Positions 9,834 through 18,351 of a stretch of DNA of 60,516 bases are shown piece by piece. The stretch lies in the NCBI GenBank assembly GCA_002712325.1, contig PATH01000001.1, positions 13,191-73,706 on the forward strand. Direction: 5' to 3'. Made by a program: the position numbers and the translations under genes. The notes under the pieces are model-generated. The model ran no database searches. It saw only the letters and a list, made by a program, of their open reading frames with translations, and was not told where the DNA came from. Origin of the DNA: Acidimicrobiaceae bacterium (GTDB lineage Bacteria; Actinomycetota; Acidimicrobiia; Acidimicrobiales; UBA8592). Positions within the stretch are counted from its first letter, which is position 1, and every line of letters starts with the position of its first letter.

Positions 9834-10643
9834 TCATCGAGTACCACGCTCGTAAAGGTCGCGTTGCCTGCGAGCTTCGAAAAGGACAACGGAAGCCGCA
9901 TTAGAGACATTAAGGGATTCCACCCCTAAGCCCATGTCAATTCTCACGATTTGATTCATCTGAGTGAGGGTTTCAGCATCCAACCCCGAACTTTCATTTC
10001 CAAGGAAGACAACAAATGGTTTTACAAAATCAAAGTCTAGGTATGAAAGTGGTCCATTTGGTGAGAGCCCTACGCTACGGATTGATCGCTCTTCAAAAAC
10101 CTTTAGATAATCTGAGGGTCGCATTGAGCGGACAATAGGAATTCTAAATATTGCTCCAGCTGATGCCCTAATCGTTTTGGGGTTATACAAATCCACACTG
10201 CTTTCGGAGAAAATTATTCCATTCGCTGAGGCTGCAGCAGCAGACCTTATCAATGATCCCGCATTCCCAGGTTCTCTGATCTCTTTCCCATAAACAAGAA
10301 AAGTGGGGCGCTCCTTCATTAATTCTTCAATTGAGACGTCAATTGTTGAAAACGTTGAGATAACTGGCTGAGGATTGACCGTGGTTGCCACGGAATCAAT
10401 GATCCCTTTCTCTAAATGCCAAACAGTTGCTTCAGAGCCCTTCAGCAAAAGGTCTACTTGCGTAGAGATCGGGTGGTCATTGACAACAAAAACATCTAAA
10501 GGTTGATTTCCCGTTTCTACGCACTCCTTTAGAGCTTCTAACCCCTCAGCAGCAAACTTTTGCATCTCCAGTCTGAATTTGGAATCACGCAGCAGTTTTC
10601 GTAGCTCTCGAACTCTTGGATTATTTTTAGATATCCCTGCCAT
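9834..10643 (-). CDS. SpoU/TrmH-family RNA 2'-O-methyltransferase (TsnR-like)
   Basis: PGNAGSLIRSA, GNESSG, ESLNVSNAA SPOUT motifs; usual position between rplT and pheS. Confidence 0.9.
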   Translation of the reverse strand: MAGISKNNPRVRELRKLLRDSKFRLEMQKFAAEGLEALKECVETGNQPLDVFVVNDHPISTQVDLLLKGSEATVWHLEKGIIDSVATTVNPQPVISTFSTIDVSIEELMKERPTFLVYGKEIREPGNAGSLIRSAAAASANGIIFSESSVDLYNPKTIRASAGAIFRIPIVRSMRPSDYLKVFEERSIRSVGLSPNGPLSYLDFDFVKPFVVFLGNESSGLDAETLTQMNQIVRIDMGLGVESLNVSNAASVVLFEARRQRDLYERGTR

Positions 10644-10659
10644 GGGCTAGATAGACTGC

Positions 10660-11028
10660 CTAGCTTGCCTCATTAGAAGTAGCTTGGCCAGCTATATCCA
10701 CAAGAGCGTTGAATGCTTCGGGGTCATTAACAGCAAGGTCGGCAAGGTTTTTTCTATCAACTTCAATTCCAGAAATTTTTAGACCATTGATGAATCGACT
10801 ATAAGTCGTTCCATTCTCACGACATGCTGCATTAATTCTCTGAATCCAAAGTTTGCGGAATTCGCCTTTTCGTGCCCTACGGTCGCGAAATGCGTAGTTT
10901 CCACTATGCATAACTTGCTCATTAGCTGCTCGAAAGCTTCTACTCTTATTTCCGTAATCCCCTTTAGCCCTATTCAGGACCTGCCGGCGTCGTTTTTTGC
11001 TGTGTACGGAGGTTTTTGTTCTTGCCAT
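10660..11028 (-). CDS. rplT: 50S ribosomal protein L20
   Basis: MART..., [30 protein letters not shown]. Confidence 0.98.
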   Translation of the reverse strand: MARTKTSVHSKKRRRQVLNRAKGDYGNKSRSFRAANEQVMHSGNYAFRDRRARKGEFRKLWIQRINAACRENGTTYSRFINGLKISGIEVDRKNLADLAVNDPEAFNALVDIAGQATSNEAS

Positions 11029-11059
11029 TCTTTCTCCTTAATAGTTACTTCGTATTTCG

Positions 11060-11254
11060 TTATATACCTAGATTTTTTCGTACCGTCTTAACATCAGCAG
11101 AACTTACTTCTGCTGGCCTTCGCGATTTTCGCTTGCGTTTTGGAGACTTCGCTTCAGCTAGGTGGTTGCGATGCTTTCTTGCACGTTTTAGTTTTCCGTT
11201 TGCGGTTTTTTTAAACCGTTTTGCTGAACTTTTGTGTGTCTTCATTTTTGGCAT
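11060..11254 (-). CDS. rpmI: 50S ribosomal protein L35
   Basis: MPKMKTHKSSAKRFKKTANGK. Confidence 0.97.
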   Translation of the reverse strand: MPKMKTHKSSAKRFKKTANGKLKRARKHRNHLAEAKSPKRKRKSRRPAEVSSADVKTVRKNLGI

Positions 11255-11274
11255 TTGTGCTCCTTAGGTTTTGA

Positions 11275-11847
11275 TTAGGCAGATTCGCTATCTTGCTCAG
11301 ACGCTTTCGCTTTTCGGATGTTCTCGATTGCTTTCTTGTCAGGGCTTAGAATCATTGTCATATTTCGACCCTCTAGCTGAGGATATGCCTCTTGAGTTGC
11401 TATATCTTCCATTCTTTCGGAGACCTCATCTAGTATTCTTCTGCCTAGTTCTGGGTGTTGTACTTCTCGTCCTCGGAACATGATCGTCAACTTCACCTTG
11501 TGACCTTCCTCCAAGAATTTCCTAACTTTATTAGTTTTGGTATTGAAATCACCCCTTGCAATCTTTGGTCGATATTTAAGTTCCTTGACCACGATGTTGG
11601 TGCTTTTCTTCCTTGAGTCTTTAGCTCTTTGAGCGGCTTCATACTTGTATTTCCCATAGTCCATAATCCTGCAGACTGGTGGGTTTGCATTTTCAGCGAC
11701 TTCGACAAGATCTAGGCCCAAATTTAACGCTTGATCTAAAGCCTCGTTTAAAGGCGTGATACCTATTTGTTCACCTTCGGGTGATACTAATCTGACCTCG
11801 CTAGCCCGAATTTGGTCATTAATACGTGGCTCTTGGTTCCCAGCTAT
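11275..11847 (-). CDS. infC: Translation initiation factor IF-3 (non-canonical ATA start)
   Basis: Frame extends upstream of the track start: (I)AGNQEPRINDQIRASEVRLV...DLVEVAENANPPVCRIMDYGKYKYE. AGGAG SD 6 nt before the ATA at 11847. Confidence 0.95.
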   Translation of the reverse strand: MAGNQEPRINDQIRASEVRLVSPEGEQIGITPLNEALDQALNLGLDLVEVAENANPPVCRIMDYGKYKYEAAQRAKDSRKKSTNIVVKELKYRPKIARGDFNTKTNKVRKFLEEGHKVKLTIMFRGREVQHPELGRRILDEVSERMEDIATQEAYPQLEGRNMTMILSPDKKAIENIRKAKASEQDSESA

Positions 11848-11864
11848 GACAAGCTCCTATTCAA
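11844..11864 (-). other. Putative 6-codon upstream ORF (MNRSLS) overlapping the infC start
   Basis: AAGGAG SD (11876-11871), 6-nt spacer, then TTG AAT AGG AGC TTG TCA TAG. Its stop overlaps the infC ATA (ATAG). Confidence 0.4.
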
Positions 11865-11891
11865 GTGATTCTCCTTTAGTTAAATTATTCT

Positions 11892-11924
11892 AAAAAGACA
11901 AAAGGCGCTGAGGAATCAGCACCC
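11892..11924 (-). terminator. Intrinsic terminator-like hairpin in the infC leader (candidate attenuator)
   Basis: Minus strand GGGTGCTGA-TTCC-TCAGCGCCT followed by TTTGTCTTTTT, about 45 nt upstream of the infC start. Confidence 0.6.
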
Positions 11925-11994
11925 TGACTACTTTTAGTCTGATGTTGCACCTGTCGCACTCGTAAGTGGATAGGTGGCTGCCTCTCGACAACAC
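11892..11994 (-). ncRNA. Structured 5' leader of infC-rpmI-rplT (candidate L20-responsive leader)
   Basis: Nested stems GUGUUG/CAACAU, CACCU/AGGUG and CACU-UACG-AGUG, then GACUA-AAAG-UAGUC and the terminator hairpin. Position matches known L20 autoregulatory leaders. Confidence 0.45.
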
Positions 11995-12094
11995 TTCCTA
12001 TACCCTATGTCTTATAGGTATTAATAGAATACCGGAAAATACGTCTGATATGACAAAGACCTTTATAAAGTCATCATTAGATTAAAGGAGCGGT

Positions 12095-12535
12095 ATGAGT
12101 TTATGGACACCCGATGGAGAGCACGAAGTTAATAAAGGTTCGGATAGCGACCCGAACCCACAGGTTAATGATGACAATGAATTAACCGACCTGCCAGGCT
12201 TTGACGATTTAACGCCTGAGCAGCAGGAACAGGCTAGAGCTATGGCTGCTGAACTGGCGGCGGCTAGGGAAAGGCTATCTCAGACCCCTGCTGCAGAAGT
12301 AATAGCCAACCATGTGATGGGAATTTATGAGTTAGCTGCTATCCACCTCAGCAACGATGTCCCAAATCTCAGTGAAGCGAAAGTAGCTATTGATGCAATG
12401 TCTGGAATTGTTGCTTCCTTAGTTGGAAGACTGGGAGAGAATGAAACTGTGATTAAGGACGCTCTACAACAAATACAAATGGCATACGTGCAGATGGCTG
12501 ATAACAGCAACCAGGCGCAAAGCGAAGAGCCTTAA
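12095..12535 (+). CDS. Conserved actinobacterial hypothetical protein (DUF1844-like)
   Basis: Strong AAAGGAG SD; LAAIHL...EAKVAIDA...LQQIQMAY helical pattern; divergent from infC as commonly seen in Actinobacteria. Confidence 0.7.
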   Translation: MSLWTPDGEHEVNKGSDSDPNPQVNDDNELTDLPGFDDLTPEQQEQARAMAAELAAARERLSQTPAAEVIANHVMGIYELAAIHLSNDVPNLSEAKVAIDAMSGIVASLVGRLGENETVIKDALQQIQMAYVQMADNSNQAQSEEP

Positions 12536-12576
12536 TATGAAGAGTAGAATCCTGAGGTTCTCGATTGGTGGAATTA

Positions 12577-13452
12577 ATGATTGATCAGGATCAGTTTGCG
12601 CCCGTCAACGGTATTGAAATCTGTTATCGGCACACTGGAAACCAGAACGGAATTCCACTACTCCTCGTAATGGGTTTAGGTGCTCAACTTATAGGGTGGC
12701 CTGAAGGATTCGTTGACCAATTACAACGAAATGGATTTTGGGTCATTTTATTCGACAACAGAGATTGCGGTTTGTCTTCAAAAACCGAAGGCAGTTCTCC
12801 CAATGGAGCTGACCTTCTCCTCAGAGCGACGATAGGCGAAGATATTACCTCTCACTATTCTCTTTCTGATATGGCTTCCGATGCTGTAGGGCTTCTGGAA
12901 CACTTGGAAATTGCTTCAGCCCACATCGTGGGGGCTTCTATGGGAGGGATGATTGCCCAAACTATCGCCATTGAGTATCCAAATAATGTTCGTTCACTCA
13001 CAAGCATCATGTCTGCTACAGGAGACCCAGAGGACTTTACCCCGACTGAAGAGGCTTTATCAGCCTTATTGTCGGAACCACTTACAGGTAAAGATGAAAT
13101 TATTGAAGCGAATGTTGCAGCATCCAAAGTTCTTGCAGGGCCCTTATGGAATGAATCGTACGCTCGAGAAATGGCGGAAAAGAGTTACGAGCGCAGCTTT
13201 TACCCCGATGGCATTGGTTTCCAGTTGGGAGCCATAGGGATGAGTGGGGACCGTTCTGATAAATTATCCAAATTGACTGTCCCTTCTCTTGTTATCCATG
13301 GCGCGGTGGATCCATTGCTTCCTGTGCATTGTGGAGAAGCTACTGCTTCAGCTATCCCCAACGCCAAATTGCTTACATTCAATGAAATGGGTCATGACCT
13401 ACCTGAAAAGTATTGGTCGGAAATTATCAGGGAAATACTGAATTTCTGTTAG
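12577..13452 (+). CDS. Alpha/beta-fold hydrolase (esterase/lipase, LipG-like)
   Basis: VMGLG oxyanion motif, DNRDCGLS, GASMGG nucleophile elbow, HGAVDPL (Asp), MGHDLP (His). Start 12577 or 12565. Confidence 0.9.
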   Translation: MIDQDQFAPVNGIEICYRHTGNQNGIPLLLVMGLGAQLIGWPEGFVDQLQRNGFWVILFDNRDCGLSSKTEGSSPNGADLLLRATIGEDITSHYSLSDMASDAVGLLEHLEIASAHIVGASMGGMIAQTIAIEYPNNVRSLTSIMSATGDPEDFTPTEEALSALLSEPLTGKDEIIEANVAASKVLAGPLWNESYAREMAEKSYERSFYPDGIGFQLGAIGMSGDRSDKLSKLTVPSLVIHGAVDPLLPVHCGEATASAIPNAKLLTFNEMGHDLPEKYWSEIIREILNFC

Positions 13453-13510
13453 ATAGTCAAACCTTTCATACAGATTCGCCCCACTCTTTGTTCCTCTCTA
13501 CCATAGAGTC

Positions 13511-14740
13511 ATGGGTGAGAGTACGGAATATAACCCTTTCGGGGAAGAAGTGCTTGAAGATCCATTTCCGTTTTATGAGGACTTACGAAATTCCTGCCCA
13601 GTGCACGTTCATTCAGAGTTTCAGCATCCATTGTATACCTTGACAAGATACGATGATGTCGCCGAAATGCTAATCAACTTTAACTTGTGGTCAAGTCACT
13701 ATGGGCAGATGCCTCGCTATTCTGTGCAAGGCTGTTTATTTAGCGATCCGCCTGAGCACACTTGGTATAGAAGGCTAATTCAGAAAAGTTTTGCTCCACG
13801 TCACATAGCCGCAATGGAAAAGGAGATTTCATCTCTCGTGAAAGAGTTAATTGATGTTATGGAGGAGAATGAAACTAGAGATTTGCATGACGCTTTGGCC
13901 TGCCCACTTCCAGTACTTGTAATTGCCAAAATATTAGGGGTTCCGACAGAGGATATAAACCAGTTCAAAGAGTGGAGTGACGCTCAATTAGCCGCTTCGA
14001 AATCCTCCAATCTAGAGGACTCAAAAGGGCCCAGAGATGCGATGAACGATTATTTACTTCAGCAGATAAATGACCGTAGAGAAGTGTTACAGAATGCCGG
14101 TTGGGGTGAGCATAATGTTCCAGATAATGAAAAGCTGTTAGGCGAAGTGATACCTGATGATGTCATCAGTGGAATTCTCCTTGCTGAAGTCGATTCACGT
14201 AAACTTTCAGACTCGGAACGACTCGTGATGCTTAATCAATTGCTTGTTGGTGGAAATGAGACTACTACTTCTTTAATTACGAATATGTTTTGGCGGCTAC
14301 TTTCGCAGCGAGACCTTTATGAAAAGATCGTTGAAGATCCCTCGCTAATTCCTGTAGCTATTGAAGAAAGTTTGCGTTTTGATGCCCCCGTTTTAGGTTT
14401 ATACCGAACGAACACGGAAGAGATTTCATTGCACGGGGTAAGTATCCCCGAACGATCAAAAGTAATGGCAACGTATGGGGCAGCTAATCGGGATCCCGAC
14501 GTTTTCGAAAGTCCGAATGAATTTCGCCTTGATCGCCCACAGGAGCAGCTAAGAAAACACCTTTCGTTCGGGCTCGGAAGACATTTCTGTCCAGGTGCCC
14601 AACTCTCGAGAATGGAGGCCAAACTTGCCCTAGAAGAAGTAGCGCAGAGATTTCCCGACCTTCGGTTAGTTAAAAGTCCTAAGAGGATAGAGCCATTTCT
14701 GCTTTGGGGCAGAAAAGAACTTATTGTTAGGTGGAATTAA
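13511..14740 (+). CDS. Cytochrome P450
   Basis: DPPEH, I-helix LLVGGNETT, EESLR (ExxR), AANRDP, heme motif FGLGRHFCPG; leaderless -10 TACCAT. Confidence 0.96.
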   Translation: MGESTEYNPFGEEVLEDPFPFYEDLRNSCPVHVHSEFQHPLYTLTRYDDVAEMLINFNLWSSHYGQMPRYSVQGCLFSDPPEHTWYRRLIQKSFAPRHIAAMEKEISSLVKELIDVMEENETRDLHDALACPLPVLVIAKILGVPTEDINQFKEWSDAQLAASKSSNLEDSKGPRDAMNDYLLQQINDRREVLQNAGWGEHNVPDNEKLLGEVIPDDVISGILLAEVDSRKLSDSERLVMLNQLLVGGNETTTSLITNMFWRLLSQRDLYEKIVEDPSLIPVAIEESLRFDAPVLGLYRTNTEEISLHGVSIPERSKVMATYGAANRDPDVFESPNEFRLDRPQEQLRKHLSFGLGRHFCPGAQLSRMEAKLALEEVAQRFPDLRLVKSPKRIEPFLLWGRKELIVRWN

Positions 14741-15612
14741 CGAACGATTTTCGAAATAGGTATCTCAACAATATCAGATGCCCCTGAACCTCTAAGTTCA
14801 GGTATCAGTATGTTGATTTGGTCTTTAGGGACAACAGTTTCAATCGCATAACCTTGACCGCCAAACAATTCATTGACAGTGGGAGCCTTCATTGAAGGCA
14901 GAATGCCAATGACTTTATCAAGATTAGGTTTCGACACGTTCATCTTGACCATAACTTGCCCGCGAGCCTCTAGGACTCCTTGTAGTAACGTCTGAATTTG
15001 CTCCATTGCTTTGCGCTTATCTGGGTCAGCGTAAGCCTCTGGGTTGGCTATGAGTTCAGTAAAGCTTGTTAGAAGTGTTCCTATTACTTTTAATCCAGCG
15101 GCTCGAAGTGCCCGTCCAGTTTCTGTTATATCTACTACAACATCTACGATTTCGGGTGCTTTTGCTTCTGTAGCACCGTAGGAGAGATAGATACTCGCTT
15201 CTATCCCTTTACTATCAAAATATGCTTTTGTTAGTTGGGGATATTCAGTGCTGACTTTAATTCCTTGTGGTAAATCTTCGATAGTTGACCACGGGCTTTG
15301 TTCCGGCACAGCGACTACGATATTCACTGGTCTTGCTGTGTTCTTGCTGTAATGCAGTTCGCATAACGAATGTACATCACTTCCGGTTTCCTCTATCCAA
15401 TCCCTGCCTGTTATGCCGATATCGAAAAGGCCATCCGATACGTATGAACCTATTTCTTGAGGGCGCAACACTCGCACAGATTCGATTCTTGGGTCGTTGA
15501 TGCTCCCTTTATAATCAACAATCGAACCTCGAGTGACAGGCAGGTCGGCATCAGAGAATAACTCAAGTGTGGATTTTTCCAGAGACCCCTTGGGGATGAC
15601 TAGTCGTAGCAT
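14737..15612 (-). CDS. hisG: ATP phosphoribosyltransferase, long form
   Basis: PKGSL, DIGITGRDWIEE, GATEA, DITETGRAL, C-terminal regulatory domain; convergent with P450 sharing TTAA. Confidence 0.95.
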   Translation of the reverse strand: MLRLVIPKGSLEKSTLELFSDADLPVTRGSIVDYKGSINDPRIESVRVLRPQEIGSYVSDGLFDIGITGRDWIEETGSDVHSLCELHYSKNTARPVNIVVAVPEQSPWSTIEDLPQGIKVSTEYPQLTKAYFDSKGIEASIYLSYGATEAKAPEIVDVVVDITETGRALRAAGLKVIGTLLTSFTELIANPEAYADPDKRKAMEQIQTLLQGVLEARGQVMVKMNVSKPNLDKVIGILPSMKAPTVNELFGGQGYAIETVVPKDQINILIPELRGSGASDIVEIPISKIVR

Positions 15613-15653
15613 ATATACAACCGTACAGGCTTTAAGCCGCTCACTAACACTAT

Positions 15654-16676
15654 TTAATTATGTTCTGGGACTACGGTTACTTTGATATCTTTTCCGAGTT
15701 CAACTACTTCCTGGATTCTTCCCCTCCAGATTTCGCTGATCGTATGAGGGCCACCTCCTGCAAAGATCCCTACGCCATCATTGCCTGCCATAAATGCGGG
15801 AGCTAGAAATAATTGGTACTCGTTAACTAATCCCAAATCGTGGAAAGCTTTATAGGTAGAAGCGCCACCTTCAACAAGGAGTTGGAGTACTCCTTCATCT
15901 CCAAGCTCTGATAGCAGATTAGTGATATCTCCCTTGAATTCATAGCAGGGGTGAATTGCTGCTTCAGGGGGAACGGTTCCTAGGACTATACGCTTTGGGT
16001 CAAGATTTTCCTTAATGCCATCAGTGGGCTTCCAGTCTCTGACAGTTAATTGCGGGTTATCGGATATCACCGTGCCTTTCCCAACGCATATAGCGTCCGA
16101 AAACGCCCTAAGCCTATGCCCTTCTCTTCTAGCCTCAGGTCCTGTTATCCATTGGCTAGACCCGTCGGGGGCGGCAATCTTTCCATCTAATGTTGTTGCT
16201 ATTTTGAGAATCACATAAGGTCTACCTGTTGTCCTGTGATGCACATACGGAGCCAGTTGTTGCGCTATGCGACCCTCTAACACTCCTACAACCACCTCTA
16301 TTCCAGCATTTTGCAATGACTTAATCCCCTCTCCATATACTTGACTGTCAGGGTCTTTCATTCCGATAACGACACGACTAATCTGATTTTCAATAATTCG
16401 CTCTACGCATGGTCCAGTCTTACCGATGTGCGAACAGGGTTCCAGAGTCACGTAAAGGGTTGCCCCTTGAGCTTTCTGCCCTGCTTCGTCAAGGCAAACG
16501 GTTTCTGCGTGCCCGCGTCCAAACTCTTGAGTAAATCCGTCAAATATTTGCCCATTTGGTGATACCAAGACCGCTCCAACCCAAGGGTTAGGCATACATC
16601 TTGGCCTAGCTTTTTCGGCATTTTCGATAGCACGTGCCATCATTTGTTCTTCAAGGGTTAATTTTTTCTCATCCAT
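15654..16676 (-). CDS. ribD: Riboflavin biosynthesis bifunctional deaminase/reductase
   Basis: PNPWVG, HAE, LEPCSH...PC, TLDGKIA, VEGG. Start trimmed to MDEKK at 16676. Confidence 0.95.
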   Translation of the reverse strand: MDEKKLTLEEQMMARAIENAEKARPRCMPNPWVGAVLVSPNGQIFDGFTQEFGRGHAETVCLDEAGQKAQGATLYVTLEPCSHIGKTGPCVERIIENQISRVVIGMKDPDSQVYGEGIKSLQNAGIEVVVGVLEGRIAQQLAPYVHHRTTGRPYVILKIATTLDGKIAAPDGSSQWITGPEARREGHRLRAFSDAICVGKGTVISDNPQLTVRDWKPTDGIKENLDPKRIVLGTVPPEAAIHPCYEFKGDITNLLSELGDEGVLQLLVEGGASTYKAFHDLGLVNEYQLFLAPAFMAGNDGVGIFAGGGPHTISEIWRGRIQEVVELGKDIKVTVVPEHN

Positions 16677-17175
16677 GGTGGTGCCCAACGGTGGGGTGAG
16701 GGTCACTATTGTCCTGAAGTAACTTGACCGCATGCCCAAGAATGTCAAGAACCGCATCCAAGCACTCAATGCTTCCTTTACTTGAGCCAGGTAAATTTAT
16801 AATAAGGGATTCATTTAATGTCCCTGCTACTAATCGAGATAGACGCCCTAGCGGATTAATCAACCTCATAGCTTCTGCTATTCCTGGGGCCTCCCGTTCA
16901 AGAACAAGTTTCGTTCCTTCTGGCGTGAAATCTCTAGGACCGAAACCGGTACCCCCTGTTGTCACTATCAATCCGTGAAAATTTGAAGCTGCCTTCTTTA
17001 ACTCTGTTGAGACGCTCTCCATTCCATCAGGTATGACTGAACGTGAGATAATTTCCCAATCAGATTCCTGGAGGCACTCCTCTATTCTCTGACCGGAGAT
17101 ATCTTCTCGGTGGCCAGTGGAAACACCATCAGATACAGTAATGATTTTTGCAAAAAGTTTTGCTTTATTTCCCAT
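16669..17175 (-). CDS. MogA/MoaB-family molybdopterin adenylyltransferase
   Basis: ITVSD, TTGGTGFGPRDFTPE, NLPGS motifs. Confidence 0.9.
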   Translation of the reverse strand: MGNKAKLFAKIITVSDGVSTGHREDISGQRIEECLQESDWEIISRSVIPDGMESVSTELKKAASNFHGLIVTTGGTGFGPRDFTPEGTKLVLEREAPGIAEAMRLINPLGRLSRLVAGTLNESLIINLPGSSKGSIECLDAVLDILGHAVKLLQDNSDPHPTVGHHHG

Positions 17176-17217
17176 ACATCAACTCTACAGACGTTTAGAC
17201 CTGACATCGCTTTCAAG

Positions 17218-18351
17218 CTAATTTGCCAATTTCCATTGAAATATTGACATGCCATCTGTGTCAAAGTCTTGGGGCAAAATTTGTAACCCATTTCCTAGAT
17301 TTCGCCATCTTTCATGAAATAGTTTTTCGGGAATGAGATTTGGGTGACGGCTTTCTAGTGCCCTTACAACGTCAACTGTTTCCTCATTTGTTACTGTACA
17401 AACGCTATAGGTTAATACACCACCACTTTTCAGAAGTTCAACAGATGATTCAAGGAGCTCGGTTTGTAATTTGGCTAAACTTTTTATGTCAGCCTCTTCA
17501 ATTCTCCATCTTGAGTCTGCTCGACGATGTAGGACGCCTAATCCAGAGCAAGGGGCGTCTACGAGTATGTGATCAAAAATGCTTTGCGTGAATGGTGCAC
17601 ATCGACCGTCAGTAACCACTTGCGCTAAATTTTCTACCGACAAGTTTGTCTTATTTGCATAAATCAATCTATGTCTTGATTCATTTATGTCGCAGGCTAC
17701 GACTTTACGAGCCTGAGTTGCAAGTGCGGTTGCCTTTCCTCCTGGAGCTGCGCACAGATCCAGTAGCAGGTCTTTCTGAGAAACACCGACAAGTTCCGTT
17801 ATCCATTGTGAAGCAAGGTCTTGATAATATCCATCGTCTCTGATGGAGACTGGTGGCGCCTCATTCATTTTCCCAAGCATCTCGAAGGCATCAGTTTCCC
17901 CTAAATCTTTGGTCAATAGTTCAATTATCCATTCTGGATAGCTCAACTTTGTTCCTTCATTCGGCCAATTTATTAATGTTTCTTCGGATATTCGGCGAAG
18001 TATTGCGTTGACAACCCCTTTATTTTTTTTTGAAGATGCCGAAACTGTTGCGCTTACTGCAGCATGATTTGGAACTCGCATGTAGATGATCTGATAAGCT
18101 CCGGCGCGCAATGTGGAACGTAACTTAGTTGGCGGGGGAACGCTTAAATAACGGTCAATGACCCAATCCAGTGCTCGCCTCATCCGAGTAGTTCCGTATA
18201 CAATTTCGGTAATCAGATTCTTATCTCGCTGGTCCAAAGAGCTCTCTTCTAAAAGCTTTGGGAGGATTATGTTTGCGAAGCTATTCGTTTCATCAATTCG
18301 GTATAGGCATTGAATTGCTACTTCGCGTGCCTCGACTCCCGCTTTTTTCAT
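17218..18351 (-). CDS. rsmB: 16S rRNA m5C methyltransferase RsmB/Sun (compact)
   Basis: N-terminal NusB-like domain, QDLAS, DLCAAPGGK, DAPCSGLG, YSVCT; follows fmt. Confidence 0.9.
   Translation of the reverse strand: MKKAGVEAREVAIQCLYRIDETNSFANIILPKLLEESSLDQRDKNLITEIVYGTTRMRRALDWVIDRYLSVPPPTKLRSTLRAGAYQIIYMRVPNHAAVSATVSASSKKNKGVVNAILRRISEETLINWPNEGTKLSYPEWIIELLTKDLGETDAFEMLGKMNEAPPVSIRDDGYYQDLASQWITELVGVSQKDLLLDLCAAPGGKATALATQARKVVACDINESRHRLIYANKTNLSVENLAQVVTDGRCAPFTQSIFDHILVDAPCSGLGVLHRRADSRWRIEEADIKSLAKLQTELLESSVELLKSGGVLTYSVCTVTNEETVDVVRALESRHPNLIPEKLFHERWRNLGNGLQILPQDFDTDGMSIFQWKLAN

Noticed and set aside
10950-10970. L20 reads KGDYG instead of the usual KGY(Y/F)G
   Set aside because: A single-base difference (GAT vs TAT) that may be a polymorphism or sequencing error; cannot be interpreted without reads or relatives.
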